This document shows, piece after piece, positions 11,915 to 23,700 of a DNA stretch of 64,000 nucleotides. A program made the translations under genes and the position numbers. Origin of the DNA: Dipteris shenzhenensis (taxonomy: Eukaryota); assembly GCA_047967505.1 (NCBI GenBank), contig CM106538.1, one strand, 5' to 3'. Under the pieces are notes generated by a model. The model did no database searches, was not told where the DNA came from, and worked only from the letters and a program-made list of their open reading frames with translations. Every line of letters starts with the position of its first letter. The stretch's first letter is position 1.

Positions 11915-14900
11915 GCCTACACCTCGTATCCTGGAATGTGAACGGGTTTCACTCTTCTGGCACCCGTGGTCCCAGGAAGCTCATTTTGCGGCAGGAACTT
12001 CAGCCTGCAGTGATTGGTCGTTTGGATGTACTTCTGCTCCAGGAGCACAAGCTCTCTGCGGCTCATTCCCGTAGCTGCGGGAAGGTTCTCCCTGGACGTT
12101 CCTACACTTACTGGGAGCCCTCGATCGGCGCACAGGGGAGGAGTGGGGGTGTCTGTACCTCCGTGTGCGAGCAGTTAGCCCAGGGAGTTTTCGGTCATGG
12201 CACATTGATCCCAGGCCGAGCCCTTTGGGTAGGCCTGGATTTGGAGGGATCCAAAATTGGAATACTCAACATCTACGCTCCTACAGACCTCCGATGCAGA
12301 GCCACTTTCTGGAGGACACTTACAGGGATTCTTCCAGTCATGGATTCCTGGATTGTTGGAGGTGACTTCAACAATCTGGAGTCATTGGAGGACCAGCAGG
12401 GCAGAGGTCCGGAGTTTACAGGTATGGCTCAGGCAGAGCAGTCAGCTTGGGACTCCTTCATCTTCGTGACAAGAGGTAGGGACAGCTGGAGAGACCCGTC
12501 CTTCCGGCGTTGGCACGGGAGCCTGGACTTCTCTTGGGGCTTCCGCAGGGAAGGAGGCAGACTCCTGGGACCATGCGCCGGTACTCCTCTCATTAGATTC
12601 GGCAGCCCAGACCCTCCCCCCCCGGTCATGCAGGATTCCCGATTCTATTTTCTCGAGGGAGGACGTGCGTAGCAGTATTTGCAGTCTTTGGGACAGAGAT
12701 TGGGGGGAGTGCACGGATTTGGTGGACTCAGTTGCGCAGGCTCTGCAGGAGTCCAGCCAGATCTGCCAGCTAGCAGCCCTACAGGTTCGTCAGGAGTGGT
12801 GGAGTAGAGAGAGAGCTCTTCGGAGGGACCTCGCATCCATTCAGCGACTCCAGCAGGCTTCCCCGGGCTCGGAGGAGCTTCGGATCCAGGCCCTTCGAGC
12901 CAGAGCCCTCCTGGAGGAGACACTCCAGCGCCGCTCAGAGTTTTCCTATCACGCCTCTCTCTCCTTCTGGGCCCGGAAGGGTGATCGGATGTGCAGAGAG
13001 TTCTTCAGGACGCATGGCCAGAGAGCTGCAGGTGATCAGCTTCGGAGTCTCAGGACAGCGGATGGTCACATCGTTACGGATTCGGGGGAGGTCCTGGGGT
13101 TGGCCACTGACTTCTACAGGACCCTCTTCCAGCAGGAGCCGCTTGCCCCTCGTGCTAGTCGTGCCCGTGAGGAGGTGTGGAGGCACATTCCATCCCTGGT
13201 CCAGCCTAGCATGCAGGCGATGTTGTTGGCGCCGTTTACCTCGGATGAGATGTTGGAGGCCTTGATGGCTATCGACGGACAGAAATGCCCAGGAGAGGAT
13301 GGGCTTCCCCGAGCTTTCTTCACTTCCTTCTGGGACCAGATCCATCAGCCCCTCCTTGCAGCTCTGCAGGGGATTTTCAGCAGCGGTTTGATGCCAGAGA
13401 GCCTCTCTTCGGGACTGATTTGCCTCATCCCGAAGGGAGGAGATAGACAGGAGATCCGCCAGTGGCGTCCGATCACTCTCCTTACTACCGCCTACAAAAT
13501 CCTCGCTAAGATGATCAGTGCCAGAGTTCGGCCTCTACTCCCAGACCTCATTCATGACACTCAGACAGGCTTTGTCCAGGATCACAGTATCTTGGATAAT
13601 GTCTTCACCTTTTCAAAGGCGGCGGAGTGGGCTCAGCACAGTGGATCACACCTTGCCATTTTACTTCTCGACTTTGAGAAGGCCTACGATCGCGTGGACT
13701 GGGCCTTTTTGGAGGGGACTCTGGAGCGGCTAGGTTTCCCCGCAGGATGGATTCAGGGTATCTCACCTTTGTACAGGACAGCGTCTAGCAGGGTCATCAT
13801 TGGAGGCAGGATGGGTGAGCGCTTTAGCCTGGAGAGATCAGTGCGTCAGGGTTGCCCCCTTGCTCCTTACCTGTTTCTTTTCTTCGCCGAGGCCATGACT
13901 TACTACCTTCGGGCGAGGTCTACCGGGATCCGGGGGGTTCGCCTTCCACTTCGGGAGGACACGGAGCTTCTGGACTCGGAGTACGCAGATGATACAGCCC
14001 TTTATGTCCAGGATGATGAGAGGATGCTAGAGAGGGTGCGGATGGCCTTGGAGGTCTTCTGCTCGGCCGCTGGTGCGAAAATCAACCGGAACAAGTCAGT
14101 TGGTTTTCTCACAGACCCTGGGGCGTGTTCTCAGTGGGGGCGATTTCTGGGTTTCAGATGGATTCCACGAGGACAGACAGCTAGATACCTTGGCTTCCAG
14201 GTTGGCCTAGACATCACGCCAGCTCAGCAGTTTCTCCCGGTGCTAGACTCCATCCGACGGAAGCTGGCTTTCTGGAGTACTGCTAAGCTGTCTCTTGCAG
14301 GTCGTGCCCTGGTAGTTAACCAGGTCCTTCTAGCCACGGCTTGGTATGTGGCTTCATGCTGGTGCTTCTCGAGATCCAGCGTGGCACAGCTCAGGAGGTT
14401 GGTTCAGAACTTCCTTTGGTCTGGGGAGGATGGTCTTAGAGATACCAGAGCCAGGGTTGCTTGGCAGACAGTCATTCTTCCGCAGGCTGAGGGTGGCCTG
14501 GGGGTTATCGATCCAGAGCTTCAGAGTCAGGCCTTGTTAGGCAAGCTTATCATCCGCGGTTTGACCCCGGGGGGGCAGACGTGGAAGATGTTACTTCAGC
14601 AGGGAATAGGCTCTTGTGTCCCGCGCCGAGGTGGAGAGTGGCCACCGTCCCTCAGGTGGATCTTCACTTCTGCCCCGCTCACTCAGCCCCGTTCTCCACT
14701 CGTTCGTAGCCTCCTCATGGTTTGGAGGCGGCTTTGTCTCAGTCTCATACAGTCCCAGCCCAGCTGTCAGGAGGAGATCGATCGCCAGCCGCTCGTCTGG
14801 AATGGGCAAGTCAGAGACGCCGAGGGCCTTCAGTTGGGGGAGAGATCACATATCAGGTGGGACGGTTGGATGAGGGGGCCAGCCCGGTCCCTTCGAGTTT

Positions 14901-16219
14901 GGAGGGATACGTACAGACATCTGGAGATGACCGATCTTGCAGTCGCAGCTGGAGGTGCACGTGGAGTCCAAGCGAGACGCACGGAGATTGACGGAGCGAT
15001 CCCAGCCGCTTGGTTGGCTCCACCTGAGCCTCAGGTCCTCATGCCTGGAGACACCCGTTGGCTGGGACAGTTCACCCCCCGTGGCATCCCACTGGTGGTC
15101 GCAGGACGTTTGGATGACTCCTCTATCGCCTTCTTCGCGGTTTCAGGGGATGGACGACTCAGGAGAGAGGATGCGCTCATCGACCCCCTACTCCCGTGGC
15201 AGAGGGTTAGGGTCGTAGGCCTCCTGGGGAAGGTCTGGCGTACCGACCCTAGTATCGAGCAGGACCAGTTGCAGCTTTGGCGTCTTTGGCTATGGGAGGG
15301 ACGGGCCTTGTCAGAGCTTGAGTGGGACCCAGGAGAGTGGTGGTGGCCAGAGATTGTGCCAGGACAGGGGCCGACTTCCTTCTTCGCTTACAGCACGACT
15401 CTGGGCAGGCGAGTTCTCGGGAGGATGCAGAGCCGCCCCCCCACCCAACGACCTAGCTGGTACGCACAGGGTATTTCCAGGTTCTTTTTGCAGGCATTCT
15501 GGAAGGCCTTGTGGGAGAGCTGGCGGCCGCGGAAGATCTCATACTTCCTGTGGCTTCTTGCCCACAAAGGTCTTCCAGTGGGGAGCTGGTTGAGGCAGAT
15601 AGGCCAGGACGGTTGCTGTCAGATTTGCCATGCGGACGAGGAGTCACCAAAACACTGCCTGTGGAGCTGCACGCGCGCCCAGGAAGTGTGGAGGTGGACC
15701 TTCGGGCTTCTTACCCGCGTAGCACCAGAGCTAGGAGTGATCACTTGGGGCGCGTTCTGTTGGTGCAGCACCGCACCTGGTCTTCATCACTTGTTCGAGG
15801 CATGCCAGCAGGACCCCACCTTCCTTATCACACAGGGGACGTGGGGGCCGCTCGAGGGTATCCCACAGCACCTGGCAGAGGCTGATACAGGAGTTCGGGA
15901 GAGGCAGCCAGTCTGGGAGATTATCAGCAGCATTACAGGATGGCACATCTGGACCTCGCGCTGCGCGCAGATCCTCGGTGGCACTTCCTTATCGACTGCC
16001 CAGATCATGGCGGAGATTTGGAGTGAGATTATTCATACCCTCAGAGGCCAGTGGGACCAGATTCAGGGAGACTCCCGGGCTGGTCAGGAGAAGCGGAGAC
16101 GCTTCCTCCAGGCTTGGGACACACAGAGCCTCTTCTTCGAGCAGACTACGCAGGGCCTTCGGTGGCACTACTCACCACCCCGATGGCTGTTCATTCACAC
16201 TCAGCATATCCCTCCGTGA
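11911..16219 (+). pseudogene. L1 ORF2: APE endonuclease, reverse transcriptase, zf-RVT; small deletion/frameshift at ~12568
   Basis: SWNVNG, LLQEHK, NIYAP and GGDFN (APE); WRPITLL, LDFEKAYD, RQGCPLAP and YADD (RT); CQIC...HCLWSC. The 'RLDRF...S' segment before DHAPV is missing relative to the second L1. Confidence 0.92.
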
Positions 16220-16246
16220 GAGTATGATTTATTATGCTACCTTTTA

Positions 16247-16292
16247 GGGCTGCGTCCGGTTTGTGAACGCAGCCCGTCAGCTATAAGCTGAC
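16247..16292 (+). other. Two adjacent stem-loops in the L1 3' UTR
   Basis: GGGCTGCGT-N11-ACGCAGCCC (16247-16275) followed immediately by GTCAGCT-ATA-AGCTGAC (16276-16292); perfect 9-bp and 7-bp stems. Confidence 0.8.
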
Positions 16293-17552
16293 CTCTTGTA
16301 TTTTGTTCTCGAAGTAATATAATTAGCACTGTTTTTTCGGAAAAAAAAAAAATCTCTGGATTAGGAGAACAATAGGAAAACCATGCGCTCATGCAGTGTC
16401 TTGCCAAGAATTACTGTGATCGATCATGTGGAACAAACGTAACAATATCATTGAGGACTGTTGACAAAATAATTTGAATTATTGTGTTGACCGCCACTAG
16501 CAAAAGAACACAATGGCATAGAATGATCACTCCATGTTTGAAAACTTGTCCAAGCAGTAGAAATTTGGGATGTGATTGGAGCCTATAAGACGTGTGAATA
16601 TTTTGATGGCTACATAACAAATTGCCACATTTGTTTTGAAACAAAAGAGTGTATATTCAAACTTCTAGTTAAGGTCTTCTATTTGGCCATCTAGGAAAGG
16701 ACTTGAAAGTTCATATGGTGTGTTGTAAATGGCCAAGTTCAATATAAGATGTTAAGCCCTGTAGGCACCTGATGTTGGAATGGTCACCTCCCCATCTATG
16801 AGCCCCCAAATGAGGGGAGGTGCACCAGGGTAGGTTAGGAGCAATGTGGGCAGGAGGCGAGCCTGACACATGGGCAGCTCTAACATGGAATGCAAGGCTT
16901 CACATGGACAGCACATGGGCTGTCATGTGGGCAGCAAGCATACAAAAAAAAAACATGAAAAAGGGCTGCCACATGGGCAGCACATGGGCTGCCATGTCAG
17001 CAGCACAAGGTACCTAGCTGCTTGGAGAGATCAGCAACAGACTTGGAGCAGCAACAAACCTTGGAATCCTGCCAAAAGCACCTGCAATGCCACATGGCAT
17101 GGTCTGGAGGTGGTTCAGCAACAGTACAGACAGGTTCATGGCCTGGAACAGATTTGAAAGGTATCTGTCAGCCTGTGTGGAGGTTTGGAGTAGGTGGAGC
17201 ATGATGCACCTGCGGGGCCAGCACCAAGCCCCCAAATGAGCAGTGCATGGGAGAGGTGTACCAAGGTAGGTTAGGAGCCATGTGGGCAATAGGTGAGCCT
17301 GCCACATATGTCAGCAACACAATCAAAGAAGGTACGTGACTGCTTGGAGACATCTGCAATAGACTTCAAGTAGTAGTAGAGCATGGAATCCTGCCAGAAG
17401 CATCCACAATGCCACGTGGCATGGTCTGGAGGTTGTTCAGCAACAGTACAGACAGGTTCATGGCCTGGAACAGACCCGAAGGTATCTGTCAGCCTGTATG
17501 GAGGTTTGGAGCAGGTGGAGCCTGCGGAGGTAGCACCAGGAGCAACCTGGGA

Positions 17553-18416
17553 TGTTGGGCACCTGTTTTATAGACCTTATAGGAGCTTGGTCTGATGCTA
17601 AAGGGCTGGGACAGAGCTAGCAAACAGGCAGGGAAATTGGAGCTCATAGACAACTGTCTCAAGACGAGATCTGGGCCAGGAAAGAGCTGGAAAAGACCCC
17701 GTCTGGGACTATACAGAGCCTGGGCCATTGGCAGGCTTCCACAATGGGATAGAAAAGAGCTGCAGACAAGGTCGCGTACACAGACCACCAAATCAGTTTC
17801 TAGGTCAGCCATTATAGCTGATTGGTCGGCTTTTTTTTGGGGGTCCCTTTGGGCCTATAAAAGTGATCCCTACAGGGCTCATTTGTCATCCATTGAAGAG
17901 GTGCCAACCCAGGAGTGTACAAGGGCAAAAGGGAAGTGGCTGATTGCTGGCTACAAAGGAACTCAACGCTCTTCACCATTCAATCGCAGCAAGGAAGACG
18001 ACATCAAGGAGATACTTGTGCCTCAGTTTGGGCTGCATCCAGAGCAGCAGGGAGGTCAAGGATCTACAGCAAGCACTATCTTACGAAGGGGCTGTCCAGG
18101 AGGATCAGTCGGCAGGTCTGATTGCAAGGCACCACAGAGCATGCAGGCCAAGTGTTTTGTAAGTGCCAAGAAGGTAGGAGAACAGCTTTGGGTATGTACT
18201 GGGGTCCACATCTATTCAGCACTCTACTGATAGAAGGTGGGACATTGGACATCGATTTTGTTTTGTGTCCACACTGGATGGAAATATAAGTTTTGCTGGT
18301 TCTATATCTCTCTCTTGAGCATTGTCTAATTACTGTTTGCACATCTATTCAATACTCATTAAGGAAGAAGTTTGAGATTGAAATACACCACTGTGTGAGT
18401 TCCTGGGCTCCTAACT
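17553..18416 (+). mobile_element. Probable solo LTR
   Basis: Begins TGTTGGGCACC and ends GGGCTCCTAAC(T), an imperfect inverted terminus; GCCTATAAAAG TATA-like motif at ~17853. No clear TSD. Confidence 0.45.
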
Positions 18417-18419
18417 CTA

Positions 18420-20760
18420 CTCTAAGGTTGGCTTCCACTGCGTATACCCTCTGTTGCTTTCTCTAACACCTGAACAAGGTAGAAAAGAGCTAGAGATCAA
18501 GATCTTCTGTGACTCTCCATGCAGGTAGAAAATAAATTTCAAGGAACCACATGTGGTGAAACTTCTCCAAAGTCTAGTAGTGAGCAATAACAACGGAAAG
18601 AAAAGGATGCAAATTGGTTGCATCCTGAGCCTCATTTCAGGGGGTATCACTAAAAAAATGAAAGAAAGGTTGTAAAGCGTAGCATAGGGGCATCCAAATA
18701 GTATTTGGTTTATGGGCTTGCCACAAGAGTAAAGCATCTAATAGCTCACCCATACCAATACTCATCATCTACTAACTACATAGACAAGAAAAGTGCTTTT
18801 GGTCGATGCAATTGGTTATCTAGAAGGAGGTGTCCATGTGTAAAATCCTCGCTTGCAAACTCTGCGAGTATGATATTGTGTGGAGTGCATGGCTTACCCT
18901 CGATAACAAGAGAGCATAATGTGTCACTCCCCAACAAACTTGTATCCACTTGCTCGGTAAATTTTTTTCTTTTACATTTTAATTTTAATAGCATGCTTTG
19001 CAAAAGTAGATGAAAGTTTTCCTACAGTTTCAGTTAGGTCATGGGAGCTAGGTCTAGCATTTGAGGGTGGACCCCCTTGCCTTGGGTTATGGGCATTCGT
19101 GACCCACAAGAGTGATGCCTTCTCTTTGAGAAAGGACATCAGAAAATCACACCCCACCTAAGTTCCCATCTTTGGGACCAATCAAATGCACAAATTGCAG
19201 ACCAACCTAGCAACCATCCAAAAGAATGTCTCAGGATATTGGGTGTGAGCTAGGAAACATGATAGCTCAAAACAGGCTCTAGAGTAGATCAATGTATAGG
19301 ACTACCTACTAGGACCCCAACGGTGAAGTCAGAATTCAATTCTGACAACTTTCAAAATTTAGGGTTTTTGGCTGACGTGGCAGCCTTGACATGTGGCAGC
19401 TCATGACACACATGGCAACCTATGGGGACATGTAGAGGGCCATGCATGGACCATGGCACCACTTGTCACTGCAAGAAATACAGCCCCCATGCAGCCCACC
19501 AAAATCCAAGGGGAGCTAGCCCCCATTCTTAATTGGGCAGAGGGTGGGCTGAGCCTATAAAAGAAGACCTTGAGCAGCAAGAGCATCCCTTCTTGATAGT
19601 GAAACTTTGAAACTAAAGTAACTTTATAACTTATATATACCCAAATGTTCTAAATATAAATAATAAAATGAATTATATTTTTTTGGGGAAAAACTTGACA
19701 TTGACATGAAACAAAACCATTCAAAACATCAAAATTAATTACACCACTATGAATTGGAAAATGTCAATCCACAATTGTTCCACCCCACATTGTTTACCAA
19801 TATTGCAGGGGGGATAAAAGTGACAGTATGCATGCGCTTCTCTGCACGCTTTCCTACCTTTTCACCATTTAAGGTAAAGTGAAAGAACTATGACATGCCA
19901 TCCTCCATGACCAATAGGTGTTCCTGCGCGTCCCTGAGAGTTCATTGTGACGTGACGGTCACATTCTTGACATCTCCTAAATGAGAATCAATACATAAAC
20001 TTACCCCTGTATTATCATCATCGTTAGAGTCAAGGGGAGGCCAATTTCCACCTGTTTTCTTCCAGTGCCTATACTGGAAAGCAAAATATAACATTTGGCG
20101 GGAGATGTCGTACTTGACAACCACATTGTCCTTACATACATGGCATTGAAATAGATCACCCTTTTGTTCACCTGACCTGCTTCCCCAGCAGCACTCTCTC
20201 TCTAAAGCATTACTCCCTTACAAGCTTTCTCTCTGTACTGTTCCAGCCCTTCTCACGCAGAAATCAGCCTCTTCTCTGCACTTTTGGGACAGCAACAGCA
20301 TCTCCTTTTCATCTCCTAGCCTGTGAGCAGCCATTACATTGTCTCTCTAAAGCATTACTCCAATACAATCTTTCTCTCTCTAGCTTGAAACACCTCTTTC
20401 TGAGTTTTTCTCTCTCCAGTCCCAAGCTTTCATCTATTCCAGCAAGAGGGGCTGCAAAGACACCAAGGGCACCTTAACCAAGGCAACCAATGAGAAAGGG
20501 AGCTTGAATCAGAAATCTATGGTTTGAAATTCAGTTTTTCATTGTGATTTCTTTCCCTCTTCTAGAGATCTAGATTGTGCAACTAATGTGGGTTGAAGTG
20601 ATGATCATGCAGGCATCTTCCTTGCCGATTGTGGTGCCCCTGGAGTCCATTTCTCACTAGTTCCAGCCTTTGAGTCATGTCTTGTAAATAGCTCAACTTG
20701 AGCATTCTGAGATCTGCAGTTGTGTCTTTGTCCTCTCTCTCTCTCTCAAGAGTCTGAGTC
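18420..20760. mobile_element. Degenerate LTR-retroelement debris
   Basis: Short broken ORFs, a GCCTATAAAAG promoter-like motif at ~19552, and duplicated CTCTCTAAAGCATTACTCC (~20198, ~20344). No intact domains. Confidence 0.35.
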
Positions 20761-20789
20761 TAAATTTGCTCCCCGTCTACAATCCCAAA

Positions 20790-23700
20790 GGCAGTGCTGT
20801 CACTGGGAATAGCATCTGCAGAGCTGCTGCTCCTCCTCGCTCCCTTGCTGCACCCTCTCCCTCAGCCCGTCCCTCCCTCTCTCCCTTGCCCTCAGCCCCT
20901 CCCTCTCCCTCAGCCACTCCCTCCCTTCCCCTCCTCCCCTTCAGCCCGCCCCCTTCCAGCCCGCTTCCTCTCCTCCCCCTCTCAGCCTGCTCCCCCGCCC
21001 CCTCCCTGCCTGCTCCCCCGCCCCCTCTCTGCCTCTCCGCCCCCTCCCTGCCTCTCAGCCCGCCGCCCCCTGCTCCCCCACCCCCTCCCTGCCTCTCCGC
21101 CCCCTCCTTGCCTGCTCCCCCGCCCCCTCCCTGCCTCTCCGCCCCCTCCCTGCCTCTCAGCCCGCCCCCTCCCTGCCTGCTCCCCTGCCCCCTCCCTGCC
21201 TCTCCGCCCCCTCTCTGCCTCTCAGCCCGCCCCCTCCTCTCCCTCTCCTCCCCCTTCCCTTCACTCCCCGCTCCCTCTCCTCCCCCTCTCAGCCTGCTCG
21301 TCGCCCCCTCCCTGCCCCTCCCTCTCCTTCCTCTCCCTCTCCTCTCCCTCTCAGCCCGCCCCCTCCCTGCCCCTCAGCCCGCCCCCTTCCTGCCTCTCCT
21401 TCCTCTCCCTTTCCTCTTCCTAGCCTGCCCCCTCCCTCCCTCTCAGCCTGCCCTCCTCCCCTTCAGCCTCTCAGCCTCTCCCCTTTACCCCTCCCCTTCT
21501 CGCCCCTTCCCCCCGCTCCCTCCTCACCTCCTTTCCCCTTTTTTCTACCCCCCTTTATCCTGCAATTTTTTTTTGGAGCAGAAGGAGCCTCCAAATTGTT
21601 AGAGTCGGCCTCCTCACCTCGATTGGCGATGGATACTCCGTCAGCCAATCCTACTCCACCTTCACCGGCCGTGAAAACTATTACCTTTTCTAAAGACGAG
21701 TTGCAGCAGCTCAAGAAGGATGTAGAGATTGAATGCTCTACCACGTTGCTAGCACGCATCTTCGGGTCTCACCCCTCCAGATCCCAAGCCAGAGACTGGA
21801 TGCTTGCGGCTCTCCCCCCAAACCTCACTCTACGATTGTTAGATGTTCGTCATCTGGGACGAGGTTTTTTCCAGGTTGTTTTTGACACTCCAGGGGAGCG
21901 AGCACTGTGCTCAAGGCTGAGTTTTTACACCTGGGACACAGGAAGATCTTCTTTAAAGCCTTTCATATTGGTTTCGACCCAGTGGAGGCAGATAAGGAAA
22001 TCTTTTCGCTCTTCATCAGATGCCCCGGGCTTCCCCAGGTTTACCATCGACTTCTTTCTGTTATTGGGGAGCATTTTGGCACAGTTGCTGAGATCCCACC
22101 CCTCCTTGGGTTGCCATTGACTGCAGCAGAGGCAACCAAGGCTGATGGGGTACCTAGAGTTAGGGTCCTTTGTAAGGATCCTAACCTCAAGATGGATCAT
22201 GTTATGATCCAGCCCCCGGATGGTTCCTTTTTTCGCCAGAGAGTAGAGATTTCAGGCAGACAAGACTAGTGCAGGATATGCAGGACCATTGGACACTTTG
22301 CCAGGGATTGCCCCAGGAAGAAGAAAAGGCCCAAGAAGCCCTCTAGTACAGCTACCGCCCCATGGCCTCGACAGGGGGGACAGGGGGGTGGTATAGGTCC
22401 AGCACTTGCTCCTCGGCCTCGACAGAGGAGTGGTACAGGTCCAGCACCTGCTCCTCGACCTTCGCATGGTGGTCCTCCTCAAGATGGTGGTGGTACAGGT
22501 CCAGCACCTACTCCTCGGCCTCGACAGGGGGGGGTGGTACAAGTCCATCACCTGCTCCTCGACCCCCACCTACCTCAAGGGCACGCGGCGCTCTCCAGTG
22601 GGTTCCGGCACGTGTGCAGATCCCTCCTTCAGTTCACGAGGGTACATTAGTGGACTCTGCTTCACCTCGAGCTGTCCCTCCAGTCTCACCTTGCACAGTC
22701 CGAGACGCTGAAGCTTCGACCTCCTCCCCGGTTGCAGCTTCTTCCCTAGATCCAGCGGTGCCAGACGCTGTTCTTGAGGCAGTAGAGGTCTCCGCGGCTG
22801 GGCAGACAGGCTGGGCAGACACAGGATAGAGAGCAATCCTCACTTCCTCCCTGGGATAGGGGGAAGGGGATGGTTTACACTATTGATCCTCTTCCCTCAG
22901 AAGGGATCCTTCGCACTCCGGTGTCTGGCTTGCTTCACAGGAACTCGTTTTCAGCCCTAGCAGATGGTTCAGATTTCCCAGAGGAGTTTGTGCCTGCTAC
23001 TTTTGGGGAGCCAGTGGTTGGGTTTCCTGTTGACAGGGCTTCTTCTTCAGGTGGCAAGGTTCTTTCCCCTGTTGATTTTCCGCCACTTGGTTCCATCCCT
23101 CCCTCCTCGAGCAGGAGGTCTTCCCCTGTTGAGGGGTTTGTTTCCGCCACTAGGTCGGGTAAGGTGTTCCACTCTACATCCTCCCGTCGATGAGGATTAT
23201 TAGTTGGAACATACAGGGCCTAGGTGGCATCCCACATCGCCGCCGTAGACAGCTGATCCGGGATCAGCTTCATCCAGGTGTTACTGGGGGTTCCATTGAT
23301 ATCTTATTTATTCAAGAGCACAAGCTGGATTCTAGAGATTGTGCCAAGTCAGGCAAGTTGCTTTCTGGGCATACTTTTTGGTCGCCTGCCTTGGGCACCA
23401 AGGGGAGCACTTCTATTTCAGTTTCGCAGTCGGTTCTCCCCTTAGTTGTTGGACACGGAGTCATTATTCCCTCTAGAGCTCAGTGGATTGTTCTTTTGAT
23501 TGGAGGGCGTAAGGTTGGTTTCCTTAACCTGTATGCCTCCAACATAAGAGGGGAACGTGTCCTTATGTGGAAGACTTTGCTCTCCTAGGCCCCCATTGTG
23601 GATTCATGGGTGATTGGAGGTGACTTTAACATGGTCGAGTTACCATCAGACAAAAAAGGGGGTAGCGAAGGTGGACTTCACTCTTTGGAGAGAGCAGCTT

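Larger units (their letters stand above)
9086..16348 (+). mobile_element. Full-length L1-clade LINE with poly(A) tail and 17-bp TSD
   Basis: TSD AAAATCTCTGGATTAGG at 9069-9085 and 16349-16365; A-tail from 16341. C-rich 5' UTR, ORF1 and ORF2 are present, and the empty paralogous site is visible at ~5443-5460. Confidence 0.95.
5215..17550 (+). repeat. Tandemly duplicated ~1.2-kb intronic unit, each copy split by a different insertion, plus an extra ~300-bp sub-unit
   Basis: Copy A = ~5215-6081 + 8535-8852; copy B = ~8853-9085 + 16366-17225. The sub-unit GCTTGGAGA...GTATCTGTCAGCCTG...GCACCA occurs at ~8620, ~17020 and ~17340. Confidence 0.85.

Noticed and set aside
17595-18230. 211-aa plus-strand ORF
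   Set aside because: It lies in a probable solo LTR spanning its TATA-like motif; no recognisable domain.
20766-21602. Pro/Leu/Ser-rich 'extensin-like' ORFs (also 9389-9694, 34080-34785, 57008-57822)
   Set aside because: They are open in several frames only because C-rich tracts lack stop codons, and they lie in retroelement leaders.
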